Shown piece by piece: positions 23,100 to 35,064 of a stretch of 41,839 nt of DNA; the first letter of the stretch is position 1, and every line of letters starts with the position of its first letter. Origin of the DNA: Malacoraja senta. Its lineage: Eukaryota. Where the stretch lies: assembly GCA_038087875.1 (NCBI GenBank), contig JAXLNO010000104.1:186001-227839 (forward strand), given 5' to 3'. The notes beneath the pieces were generated by a model. The model was given only the letters and a program-made list of their open reading frames with translations. It had not been told where the DNA came from and did no database searches. The position numbers were made by a program, and so were the translations under genes.

Positions 23100-23608
23100 C
23101 ATATAAAATTCTTAAGGGATTGGACAGTCTAGATGCAGGAAAAATGTTCCCGATGTTGGAGGAGTCCAGACCCAGATGTCACAGTTTAAGAATAAGCGGT
23201 AGGCCATTTAGGACTGAGATAAGGAAAACCTTTTCCACCCAAAGAGTTGTGAATCTGTGGAATTCTCTCCCACAGAAGGCTGGGGAGGCCAATTCACCAG
23301 ATGTATTCAAGAGAGTGTTAGTCATAGCTCTTAGGACTAACGGAATCAAGGGAGATGGGGAGAAAGCAAGAACGGGGTACAGATTTTGGATGATCAGCCA
23401 TGATCATATTGAATGGCGGTGCTGGCTCATGGCCCGAATGGCCTTGTCCTGCGCATATGTTCTATGTTTCTATGTTTCTATTCTGAAAGGGGGAGGTGAG
23501 CAGCCAGACCTCATAGTCCATATTGCTAGCAATGACACAGGTAGGGAGGGAGATGAGGCAGGAAGTGAGACAGGTGGTTAAAAAGTAAACCCATTCTTAA
23601 AATCTCAC

Positions 23609-23780
23609 TGTGTGTAAGAAGGAACTGCAGATGCTGGTTTAAACCTAAGGTAGATACAAAATGCTGGAGTAACTCAGCGGGTCAGTATGAAGAAGGGTCT
23701 CGACCCGAAACGTCACCCATTCCTTGTCACCAGAGATGCTGCCTGACCCACCTGCTGAGTTAATCCAGCATTTTGTGTCT
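23609..23780. mobile_element. Penelope pseudo-LTR inverted-repeat fragment with mutated hammerhead core (second copy at ~26052-26222)
   Basis: acaaaatgctggagtaactcagc-gggtcag is inverted against ctgaccc...gctgagttaatccagcattttgt; ATGAAGA-gggtctcgaccc-GAAACGTC lies between the arms. Confidence 0.75.
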
Positions 23781-23818
23781 GAGGGCGTGGAGAAGATTTA
23801 CGAGGATGTTGCCAGGAC

Positions 23819-26261
23819 AGGTTGGGTGAGTGGGCAGATGCATGGAAGATTCAGTATAATGTGGATAAATGTGAGGTTATCCACTTTGGTGGTAAGAACA
23901 AGAAGGCAGATACAGCAGGTAGTGAAGAAAGCTAATGGCGTGTTGGCCTTCATAACAAGAGGATTTCAGTATAGGAGCAAGGAGGTCCAACTGCAGTTGT
24001 ACAGGGCACTGGTGAGACCACACCTGGGGTATTGTGTGCAGTTTTGGTCTCCCTAATTTGAGTAAGGACATTATTCATATAGAGGTAATGCAGCGTAGAT
24101 TCACCAGCTTAATTCCCGGGATGGCGCGACTGACATATGATGAAAGAATTGATCGACTGGGCTTATATCCACTGGCATTTAGAAGGATTAGAGGGGATCT
24201 TATAGATACATATTTAAAAAATGTTATTAGAAGTATTTTACATTACAGTAATCTGCACTAACATCAATTTATACAGTTCTTGTACCACTTCTGTTTTTCA
24301 ACTTTAATAGAAAAAAAGGATAGAAAGAGCTAGCAAAGATAGTCAGTGAGTGGATGAAAGTGGTCCAGGAACACTCTTGTGAACCTAAACCACAAGAAGT
24401 AGTTAAGGAAGAAAATAAAAAAAGAGAAAAAAGAAAATAAGATAGGACAATATGAAAGGGATGTACCTACTTCTTATCTTTACTCACCCCTCGCCAGGTC
24501 CTAAAACCATTTATTATCAACATTTTGTTGCACCCTATGTTTGTAATAAGTCGATATATATGGATCACATCTTTTGGAATTGGTCTTGTTTACCTGCTAG
24601 GAGGAATCTCATATCTTCTAAATGTAACAATTCCGACATATTAGAAGTCCACATTTTTATTGTTGGCGTAGGGGCATTTTTGCAAAATTTCAATATCATT
24701 TTTTTTGCCGTTATTAAACCATAACTAAGAAAACTCCTTTGAAACGCAGTCAGCTCCAAACTTGCTTCTGTTGTTCCAAAAATAATCAGTTCTGCATTCG
24801 GTTTCAGTTTTATTTTAAATAATTTAGTGAAAATTTCAAAAATGTCATTCCAAATTTTTGAACTTTTATACAAAAAACAAAAGAATGTGCTATCGTTGAT
24901 TCTTGGACTAGGCATTTATCACAGTTAGCAGAGGTATTTGGGTAAAATTTACTTAATTTAGCTTTTGAATAATATAATCTATGTAAAATTTTAAATTGAA
25001 TCAGAGTATGTCTTACGTTAATCGAACATTTATGCACATATAATAGATGTCTATCCCAACTCTCTTTCGAGATTTTTATAGCTAGTTCCTGTTCCCATTT
25101 TCTTCTAATCCCGTCTGATGATGGGATTTCTATATTTAAAATGGAATTATATAGAAATGATATTAAAATAGCTGATTCTGCTTTTATATTCATTATCCCA
25201 TCTAATAGGCCAGGAGACATGATTTGATATTCTCGTGTATACTTTTTCAAATAGTCACGTAGTTGAAAATATTTGAAATATTGATTTCTATTCAAGTTGT
25301 ATTTAAGTTGTAATTGATGAAATGTAAAAAAACTTCCATTATCATACATATCTCCAAACGTTTTAATTCCTACTATTTCCCAATTTATAACAGCTCTATC
25401 TATCATAGAAGGTTTAAACACAGGGTTATTCATTATAGGTGCAAGAAGTGATAGACTTCTTAATTTTAACGTTAATTTTATTTGTTTCCAAATTCTAATT
25501 GTACTATGAATAATTGGATTTTTATTATATATTGTATTCTTCATAAAAAAATCTTAAGGGATTGGACAGTCTAGATGCAGGAAAAATGTTCCCGATGTTG
25601 GAGGAGTCCAGACCCAGATGTCACAGTTTAAGAATAAGGGGTAGTCCATTTAGGACTGAGATGAGGAAAACCTTTTCCACCCAAAGAGTTGTGAATCTGT
25701 GGAATTCTCTCCCACAGAAGCCTGGGGAGGCCAATTCACCAGATGTATTCAAGAGAGTGTTAGTCATAGCTCTTAGGACTAACGGAATCAAGGGAGATGG
25801 GGAGAAAGCAAGAACGGGGTACGGATTTTGGTTGATCAGCCATGATCATATTGAATGGCGGTGCTGGCTCATGGCCCGAATGGCCTTGTCCTGCGCATAT
25901 GTTCTATGTTTCTATGTTTCTATTCTGAAAGGGGGAGGTGAGGAGCCAGAGCTCACAGTCCATATTGCTAGCAATGACACAGGTAGGGAGGGAGATGAGG
26001 CAGGAAGTGAGACAGGTGGTTAAAAAGTAAACCCAGTCTTATAATCTCACTCTGTGTAAGAAGGAACTGCAGATGCTGGTTTAAACCGAAGGTAGATACA
26101 AAATGCTGGAGTAACTCAGCGGGTCAGTATGAAGAAGGGTCTCGACCCGAAACGTCACCCATTCCTTGTCACCAGGGATGCTGCCTGACCCACCCACTGA
26201 GTTACTCCAGCATTTTGTGTCTGAGGGCGTAGAGAAGATTTACAAGGATGTTGCCAGGACA
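23819..26261 (+). repeat. Tandem duplication unit B
   Basis: Junction gccaggac|aggttgggtgag; retains 15 bp that unit A lacks. Confidence 0.95.
24214..25541 (-). mobile_element. 5'-truncated L1 fragment (duplicate of 21774-23099)
   Basis: Minus ORFs 24810-25544 and 24565-24915. Confidence 0.9.
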
Positions 26262-26419
26262 CGAGGGCCTGATCTAGAGGGAGAGGTAAAAACGTTGTTA
26301 TTTTTATTTCAAATGTTGGACTTTAACGCAGATTCAGTATCCATAATGAATCTCATCTGTAATAAGGTGTCAGAACCAATGAGCTGGAACCAAGGTAAAA
26401 AGGTGAATTAACTAAAGAG

Positions 26420-26935
26420 CAGAGGGATCTCAGACGACATGTACACAGTACGTTGAGAGTAGCATCACACGGAGATAGGGTGGTCAAAAAGGCTTTTGTC
26501 ACATTGGCCTTCATCAGTCAGAACATTGAGTCTAGAGATGTCGTGGTCATGTTGCACATGTACAAGACGTTGGTGAGACCACATTTACAGTGTTGTGTTC
26601 AGTTTTGGACACATTAGTATCGGTAAAATGGTGTCAAGGTGGAAATGCCATAGAGAAGATTCACGAGGATGTTGCCAAGATTTGAGGGCCTGATCTAGAA
26701 CAGATTCAGCAGGCTAGTGTTTTATATCTTGGTGCACAGGAGGATGAGGGATGATATTGTCAAGGTGACTAAAATATTGAGAGATATAGATAGGGTCGAT
26801 GCACAGATTAGGGGAAAAAAGATCCTGAGGACAACTTTAAGATGGGGGGGAAGATTGAATAGGAACCAGAGGGGTCATTTTCACACAAAGGGTGGTGGGT
26901 GTGTGGAACCAGCTGCAAGAGGAGATGGTTCAACC
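26420..26935 (+). mobile_element. Degraded CR1 ORF2 3' fragment
   Basis: LVRPHL..CVQFW and RVVGVWNQL-type sequence. Confidence 0.7.
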
Positions 26936-26949
26936 CAGTACCCATATCA

Positions 26950-29275
26950 TCATACGGTGTGGAAACAGGCCCTTCGGCCCAACTTGCCCACGCCGGACAA
27001 CATGCCCCATCCACTCTGGTCCCACCTGCCTGCATTTGGTCCATATCCCTTCAAACCTATCCTATTCACATACCTATCAAACTGTGTCATAAATGGTACG
27101 TAAGTCCCTGCCTCAACTACCTCCTCTGGCGTCTTGTTCCATACATCCACCACCATTTGTGTGAAAAAGGTATCCCTCAGTTTCCTATTAAATATTTTCC
27201 CCTTCACCTTAAATCTATGTCCTCTGTACCTCGATTCTTCTATTCAGGACAAGAGAATCTGTGCTTCTACCCCAATATATCTCTCTCATGATCTTATACA
27301 CTATAAGATCACCCTTCTTCCTACTGTGCTTCAAGGAATAGGTTCCCTGCCCACTCAACTACTCCCCATAGGCCAGACCCTGGCTGCTGCATCGTTGTAA
27401 AATGTCTCTGTAAAGGTTCTAGTTTGGCAAAATCTTTCTAATAACACAGTACCCAGAACTGAACACAATACTCCAAATGTGGCCTCACTAAGATCTGATA
27501 CAACTGCAAGATGACCTCCCAACCTCTACACTCAATACACTGCCAGGTAAAGGCCAATGTGCCAAAAGCCTTTTTGACCATCCGATCTACAGCAACTGTG
27601 ATTCCACCTTCAAGGAGCTGTGCACCTGCACTCCAAGATCCCTCTGCTCTACAATTGTACCTAGAGCCCTACCCTTCACTGTGTAGATCCTCCCCATGTT
27701 CAACAACAACAAGTTTATTTATGGATAACCCCTTGAGATGGACAGTCATCTCGTTTTCGAGGGGGTCCAACATAGAACATACAGCACAAGACATAACATA
27801 CATAAAGGCTCTCATCGACCCACCTACCCACACACCAAACCCAAAACCCCTCCATCCCCACTTGTTATAGTTTATAACAATTGTTAATTAACTTAAATCC
27901 AATAATAACAACAGTATAATGTTAGTCGCTATGCAATACTCTAATACTAGAAACAGGTACATGGTTTTATGAGAAATGGTAAAAGTGTATTTTTAAATAG
28001 ACGAAATGAACTAATAGTTCTTTTGGTACTAGGCAGAGTGTTCCAGTCAGAAGGAGCTTTATATTTAAATGCACGTCTCCCAATTTCTTTGTTCGTTCTT
28101 GGAATGAAAAAGAAGGGTTGTTGAATATGTCTTAGTGAATATGAGGGTGTGTATGGTAATAGGTCTTGTTTTAAATAAGAAGGGTAATTAAGATGGATGC
28201 ATTTAAAGATGAACTGGAACCAGTGGTAGCATCTTCGAGCGTGGGGGGATAACCAGTTTAAAGTTTCGTACATAGAACAGTGGTGAGTTCTATATGGACA
28301 CCTTAAAATAAATCTGCAAAGACTATTATAAACTACATTAAGGGGTTGAAGATGTATATCAAATGTATTCTGATAGACAATATCAGCATAATCCAGTGTT
28401 GGTAGTAGTAGTTGAGAGACAATTATTTTTCTCATCTGAAAGGTGAAACAATTTATATGGCGGTAAAGAATAGCTAGATTACAGCTAAGTTTTTTAGTAA
28501 TCGTCTCACTATGCTGCGTAAATGAAAGCGTTGGGTCAAGCCAAACACCAAGATATTTGAAGTTCAATACTTGTTCTAATGGTGATCCTTCATTAAATGA
28601 TATAGTCAGATCTACAGAATTACCAAGGCCTTGTCTGGTACCAAATAACATACTGCATGATTTATTTTTATTTAAAATTAATTTGTTAAATAATAGCCAT
28701 TTCTGAATAGAAATAAGATCTGATTGAAGGGTTCTTTCAATTTCAGACTTGTTAGTACTAGATGTATATAGCACCGCATCATCGGCATATAGTTGTATTT
28801 GACAGTCAGAACATATATTGGGGAGGTCGTTTATGAAAATAGAGAAAAGGAGTGGTCCCAAGGACGAACCTTGCGGGACCCCCTTCTCAACAATTAAGAA
28901 ATTGGATTGACTTCCATTAGACTTCCATGTTAGACTTCCCAAAATGCAATACCTCACAATTCTCTGCATTAAATTCCCCCAACCATTCCCCAGCACACTT
29001 GGCCATTCGATCAAGATCCTACTGCAATTAATCACAACCATCTTCACTATCTGCAAAACCACCCACTTTTGTATCATCTGCAAACTTGCTAAACTTGCTC
29101 TGTAAGTTCTCATCCAAATCATTGATGTAGATGACAAACAGTAACGGGCCCAGCACTGAACACTGAGGCACACCACTAGTCACAGGCCTCCAGTCTGAGA
29201 AGCAACCTTCCTTCCACCATCACCCTCTGCTTCCTTCCCTGAAGCCAAATTTCAATCCATTCAGCTATCTCTCCT
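26950..29275 (-). mobile_element. Degraded CR1 (26950-27700 and 28925-29275) split by an L2-group insertion
   Basis: CR1 RT (SKFADDTKVGG) at 29050-29180 and 3' end near 26950; ccatgtt duplicated at 27694-27700 and 28925-28931. Confidence 0.75.
27701..28924 (-). mobile_element. L2-group (Crack/Daphne-like) LINE 3' part with open RT C-terminal frame
   Basis: GVPQGSSLGPLLFSIFINDLP...LYADD...FKYLGVWLD...LDYADIVY, no stop to 27947; 3' stem-loop and (TTG)n tail; 7-bp TSD. Confidence 0.85.
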
Positions 29276-30879
29276 TGTAACTATATAAAGGTACGAACTA
29301 AAAAGTACTATGGCAAACTTTAAGGAACATTTAGACAGGTGCATGGACCGACAGACCGACAGGCCATTTATAGGAATATGGGGATGGGACATGTTGGCCG
29401 GTGTGGGCAGGCAGGCAGGCAGGCTGGGCTGAAGATGCTGTGAGACTCTATGTCTCTATGACTCTATAACTGGAGGGTGTGTGTGTTTGTACAGATAGTG
29501 CAGTAAGATATTCCTCACTTGGCCATGGATCTCTGCGCTGGGATCGTAGAACAGATTCATTTTAAGACAAACCCGGTTAATCACACTTTTTAACATTATT
29601 ATTACAGCAGTTTGTCCAATGGTCGCACATGGATAGGTAACCTGCAAACATGTCCAATCTTCTACAAGGCAAATGTTGTCAGTGTTGCCACTGGTGAAAA
29701 TATATCTGGGTAGTGTGCGACGGAACTGGCAACTGGTTGTTATTTCAAATGTTTGACTAGAAAGGGTTAACTGAAGTTCAGTTTCCATATTTAATCTCAT
29801 CTGTAATGAGCACTAACTCCATCTTGCTGCTCTATCCACGCTGGTAAACACGGCACGTGAAGATGCATTAACTTGTTGTTTTCATCTTAATTAACAGTGG
29901 TTAGAAATACTAATTGCCTCTCTCCGGGATACAATGGAAAGAAAAACACATCATGTGGAAAATTAAAGTGTAGCTTCATAACTGAGAAAAAGATAGTTAA
30001 GTAATGGTGCTGTATCCTTTGTCCAGTGGGAATATTACTTCCAGCCGGTGAACACAAGGCCAGGCTGTGTTCAATCTGTAGTTTATTTTGTTGCAAACAA
30101 CTTCAGACCAGTCGACAGGTAGATGTGACTTCAAACCCACGGATCAGGCAGCAAGGTCGGTCTGAGTGTAAATGACCAACTCCTCTGCATTGGCTGTCCA
30201 CACAGCGGTACAGAGAAAGCTGCCACACAAACACACAGACTTTATTGATGTGCTTGTTTATCAAGTAATTCTAGAGAGCATATCTCCCATCATGCAGTGT
30301 AAAGCTGGTACCGGTAGAAAGTGAAATCCACACTTCAATGAGCAGCAGGGACAGTTATTAAAAATGACCAATTTATTGGACAGGCATTTCCATGATGTTT
30401 TCCTCTTAATTTGTATCTTTGAGAAATGTGGACACCTGTTGATGTTTCATTTATCTGATTCAAGGCCAGAGTTTAGTGGTGACTAAATATCCAAACAGTT
30501 GTCTGGTCACCGTTTAAAAGCAGTTTATTTGTAAGTGCTGTACCTGGCGCAAACTTCACACACAGGTTTACCGTGTTTCATAGAGAGGGATAGTGCACTT
30601 TAGTTCATCTGAACTATTCCCAATGGCCGGGATCGCACTACCTGTGCCCCGTGTTCAAGATACAAGAAAGAGGGAGACAGTGCAGATCAGTAGGTGACTC
30701 AGGAGCTGGTGCAGGGGATGGGGGCTTCAGACATAGAGTCATACAGCATGGAAACAGGCCCTCTGGCCCAACATGTCCATGCCCATGCCCCATACACTCG
30801 TACTACCAGCCTGTGTTTGACCCATATCCCTGTAAACCTGTCCTATCCATGTACCTGTACACATGAATGTTCAATGTTA

Positions 30880-31060
30880 TCATAGACTTTGTCTTTGGAA
30901 CTGGTGTGTTACAATGCTGGGAGATATATTCTACACTCTGTATCTTGCACTTTGCTCCATCTGTTGTACTCCAGTTTGACTTGATTGTGTTTATGTTCAG
31001 TATATCCTTATCTGATTATATAGCATGCAAAACAAAGCTTGACACTACCTCGGTACATGG
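30880..31060 (+). mobile_element. LINE 3' UTR fragment (Rex1/Babar-like)
   Basis: Ends in gcaaaacaaagcttgacactacctcggtacatg, resembling elasmobranch LINE tails; family call is from recollection only. Confidence 0.45.
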
Positions 31061-31269
31061 GCAGAGCATTAAATAGGAAAGGTGCATTCAATCTGATGGG
31101 ATTCTGTAGGTTTCCCAAAAGCCAGCTGAGGAACAGCAGAGGAACTGTGACAAGTCTCAGGTGATGCTTTGCTATGTCAAGAGCTCAGTAATTGATACAG
31201 TCGTTGAGAGTGTTGTACAATAGAGCACAGTTGTACGACAGGAAGGTGACATCAGATATACATGTACTG

Positions 31270-32490
31270 AGATGGACAAGGACTGATTAGGGATAGTCAG
31301 CACAGATTTGTACGTGGGAGATCGTGTCTCACCAACCTGATTGAGCTTCTTGAAGATGTGACCAAAAACGTTGATGATGACAGAGCTGTCGACGTTGTAT
31401 ATGTGGATTGGAGCAAAGGTATTTTACAAGCATCCACATGGTAGGCTGATCTGGAAGGTAAGATTGCAAGGGATCCAAGGAGAGATAGCTCAATGGATAG
31501 AAACTTGGCTTCATGGAAGGAGGCAGAGGGTGATGGTGGAAGGTTGTTTTTTCAGACGGGAGGCCTGTGACTAGTGGTGAGAACGTACAAGGCATGAGCT
31601 ACAAATTTGCAGCTGACACTAAACTGGGTGGTATTGTAGATACTGAAAATGTTTGTGAGAAATTGCAGCAAGATCTTGATCGGTTGGGCAGGTGGGCTGA
31701 GGAATGGCTGATGGAGTTTAATACAGAGAAATGTGAGGTGTTGCATTTTGTGAAGTTTAATAAGGGCAGCACCTACACAGTGAATGGTTGGGGTGCTGGA
31801 AGTGCTGTGGAGCAGAGGGATCTACGAGTGCAGTTACATAGTTCCTTGCAAGTGGCATGATGGGTAGATATGGTGATTAAAAAGGCATTTGGCACATTGG
31901 CCTGCATCAGAGTATAGTGTAGAAGTTGTGAGGTCATGTTACAGATGTATAAGACGTTGATGAGAACACAGTTAGAGTATTGTGTTCAGTGTTGATCACC
32001 GTGTTATAGGAGATATGTTGTCAAGCTGGAAATGGTGCAGATACGTTTTACCAGGCTGTTGCCAGGACACGAGGGCCTGAGCTATAGAGGGAGATTGGGC
32101 AGGCTAGGACATTATTCATTGGAGCGTTGGAGGGTGAGGAGTGATGTTATAGAGATGTAGAACATCATGAGAGCAACAGATCAGGTAAATACACAGTCTA
32201 TTGCCCAGATTAGGGAAATCAAGACCAGGGACATGGGTATCAGGTGAGGGGGGAAATATTTAATAGGAACATGAGGAGTGACTATTTACACAAAGGGCGT
32301 TGTGTATATGGAACGAACTGCCAGAGGAGGTAGTTGAGGCAGGTACTATCAATATACATGAGATATATCTGTGCAGGTACATGGATAGGATAGGTGTAGA
32401 GGAAAATGGGCCAGTTGACATAGTGTAGATGGAGCATGTTGTTTGGAGTGGGCAAGTTGTGTCGTAGGGCCTGTTTCCATGCTGTATGAC
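31270..32490 (+). mobile_element. Degraded CR1 ORF2 and 3' end
   Basis: SQHRF..GRSCLTNL, PHGRL, KFAADTKLGG and LQQDLDRL motifs. Confidence 0.8.
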
Positions 32491-32509
32491 TCCATGCCCA
32501 TTGCCCATT

Positions 32510-32740
32510 AAGCATCTGCTTATCAACCACACCCCCTTCACCTGTATCCACCCACCACTCACCAAGGTTTGTCATGACCCTCTCTTCACCTTTCTCATCC
32601 CCCCCAACACAATCAGTTTGAAGAAGTGTCCCAACCAAAACACCACATATCCATGTTCTCCAGAGATGCTGCCTGACGCGCTGAGATACTCCAGCACTCT
32701 GTGTCTTTATTTTGAACCAGCATCTGTTGTTCTTGTATCT
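32510..32740 (+). mobile_element. Degraded Penelope pseudo-LTR fragment
   Basis: cagtttgaagaag...ccagagatgctgcctgac..gctgag.tactccagcact, similar to 1640-1760 and 23690-23780. Confidence 0.65.
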
Positions 32741-32894
32741 CCTGGTTACTGTAAAAGTTTTAAGGGACATCGCTCGATATGTTTGCATCAGACAGAATCC
32801 CAGTGCACATGTTCATAATACTTTGTTCATAAATTTAATTCCAATAAAGATAGATATCTCTATTGAGGGTGTAGTTTACCATTACTACACATTG

Positions 32895-32993
32895 ACCCCG
32901 GTTCCATCCACTCTTCGGGTGCTGTCTATGTGGAGTTTGTATGTTCTTGCCGTGACTGTGTGGGTTTTCTCCGGGTGCTCTGGTTTCTCCACC
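32895..32993 (+). mobile_element. V-SINE (HE1-like) central-domain fragment
   Basis: B-box-like ggttccatcc followed by gtggagtttgtatgttcttgccgtgactgtgtgggttttctccgggtgctctggtttc, matching the V-SINE core. Confidence 0.75.
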
Positions 32994-32994
32994 A

Positions 32995-33530
32995 GACAGA
33001 GGGTAATGGGTAGATGGAACAAGCTGCCATAGGAGGTAGTTAAGGCAAGTACCATATCAACAGTTGAAGTACATTTGGACAAGGATACGAACAGGAGAGT
33101 GTGAGAGGGACATGGGCCAAACACGGGCAGGTGGGAATAGTGTAGATGGGGCATCTTGGTCAGAATGGGCAAGTTGGGCCGAAGGGTCTATTTCCGTGCT
33201 GTGTGACTCTATGCAAGGTTCCCTACAAGTGGCGAGTCAGGTGGACAGGGTGGTGAAGAAGACACTTGCCTTCATGGGCAAGCGGACTGAGCACAAAGGT
33301 TGGGGCATCGTGATACATCTGTACAACTCGTTAGTAAGACCACACTTGGAGTACTGTGCACAACTCTGGTCACCAAGCCACAGGAAGGAGGCTACAAACG
33401 AGATTCACCAGGAATGTTACCTGGTCTGGCAGACTTGATATGGGGAGAGGTTGGATAATCTGGGGCCTCTTCCTTTGGAGAGTGGGAGGATGAGGTGTGA
33501 CCTTATTGAGGTGTACAAGTTCACGAGGAG
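32995..33530 (+). mobile_element. Degraded CR1 fragments
   Basis: 3' UTR followed by LYNSLVRPHLEYCAQLWSP. Confidence 0.75.
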
Positions 33531-33574
33531 CATGATTTAAACTACCATTCACAAGTAAGGTATGTGCCGTAATA

Positions 33575-34835
33575 AGCACAGGGCAGTGGCTCTGACATCC
33601 ACCATCATGAAGTGCTTTGAGAGACTGGTGTTGGAGCATATTAACTCCAGTATCCCAGCCAGCCTTGACCATTACAGTTTGCTCATCAACACAGCCGGTC
33701 TCCAGCAGTGACCATCTCCTGGCCCTAAACCCATCTCTGGAATACATAGACAACAAGGTGGCATAGAAACATAGGAAATAGGTGCAGAGATAGGCCATTC
33801 AGCCCTTCCAGCCTGCACCGCCATGCAAAATGATCATGGCTGATCATCCACAATCAGTACCCCATTCCTACTTTCTCCCCATATGCCTTGATTCCGTTAG
33901 CCCTAAGAACTATATTTAACTCTCTCTTGAAAACAGACAGTGAAATATGCCGTCTGTGGCAGAGAATTCCACAGATTCACAACTCTCTGGGTGATAAAGG
34001 TTTGCATGTTCTCTGTCCTAAATGGCCTATCATTTATTCTCAAACTGTGACCCCACTGCTTCTGGACTCCCCCAACGTCAGATAGTGGATAGATAGGAGT
34101 CTAATGTAGGCCAATTCCTAACGTACCAATTCTTGCTATTGAGGGAGTGCAGCGTAGGTTCACCAGGTTAATTCCCTGGATGGCGGGACTGACAAATGAT
34201 GAAAGAATGGATCGACTGAGTTTATGTTCACTGGAATTTATACGGATGAGAGCGGATCTTATAGAAACATATACACTTCTTAAGAGATTGGACAGGCTGG
34301 ATGCAGGAACAAAGCCTGTCCAATCCCTTAACAATGTTACATGTTTCCATAAGATCCCCTCTCATCTGAATTCCAGTGAATATAAACTCAGTCGATCCAT
34401 TCTTTCATCATTTGTCAGTGCCACCATCCAGGGAATTAACCTGGTGACCCTACGCTGCACTCCCTCAATAGCAAGAATTGGTACATTAGGAATTGTCCCA
34501 CGTTAGAATCCTATCTATCCGTAATAGCTCTGCCACCATAATCCCATCCAAACTGATCTCCAAGCTGATGGAACTAGGAATCAGCTCCACCCTCTACCAC
34601 TGGATCTAAAACATTCTGACCCTTCCAATCGGTGAAGATAGGTGACAGCATCTCATCCGCAATAATCATCAACACTGGTGCCCCGCAAGGATGCGTTCTC
34701 AGTCCTCTAATACACTCCCTATACACATGACACCAAGGCCAAATGTGGATCTAATTCCATCTACAAGTCTGCAAACGACAACACTGTGGTGGGATGAATC
34801 ACGACCAATAACGGGATGGAGCACAGGAAGGATAT
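33575..34835 (+). mobile_element. Rex1/Babar RT fragment (33575-33762 and 34495-34835) split by an antisense CR1 (33763-34476)
   Basis: VALTSTIMKCFERLVLEHI...EYIDNK resumes as VRIL...TIIPSKLISKL after the CR1, which begins with a CATAGAAACATAG tail. Confidence 0.75.
34087..34520. repeat. Inverted repeat with ~210-bp arms (34087-34298, 34313-34520) and 14-bp spacer
   Basis: The arms are diverged reverse complements and include the CR1/Rex1 junction (ggatagatagga / tcctatctatcc). Confidence 0.9.
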
Positions 34836-35064
34836 GTCATAAGGTCATCAGTGATAGCAGTAGAATTAGGCCATTCGGCCCATCAAGTCTACTCCACCAT
34901 TCAATCATGGCTGATCTATCTCTCCATCCTTGTCCCATTCTCCAGCCTTCTCCCCTTAACCTCTGATACATGTAGAAGTCAAGAATCGATCTATCGTGCT
35001 TTAGTAATATCCACAACCCCCGTAAACAAGTACTTTAGTTCTGTCTTCACTAAGGAATAAAGCC

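Larger units (their letters stand above)
21394..23818 (+). repeat. Tandem duplication unit A (CR1 + antisense L1 fragment + CR1 3' end + CR1 ORF1 piece + Penelope inverted repeat)
   Basis: Colinear with and highly similar to 23819-26261 across all internal element junctions. Confidence 0.95.

Noticed and set aside
27947..29176. 409-aa ORF as a chimeric or domesticated gene
   Set aside because: The N-terminal ~85 codons are out-of-frame CR1 sequence fused by chance to a TSD-flanked L2-group RT fragment.
29456..29800. 114-aa minus-strand ORF as a host exon
   Set aside because: No recognisable motif and no supporting exon structure.
30111..30190. Degenerate tRNA-Leu-like sequence on the minus strand (gtgggtttgaagtcac)
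   Set aside because: Only a loose B-box/T-arm resemblance; no acceptor or anticodon stem could be built by eye.
30620..30650. Resemblance to a U1/U2 snRNA loop or tRNA-Gly 3' end (ccgggatcgcactacct)
   Set aside because: Match is too short and the flanks do not fit.
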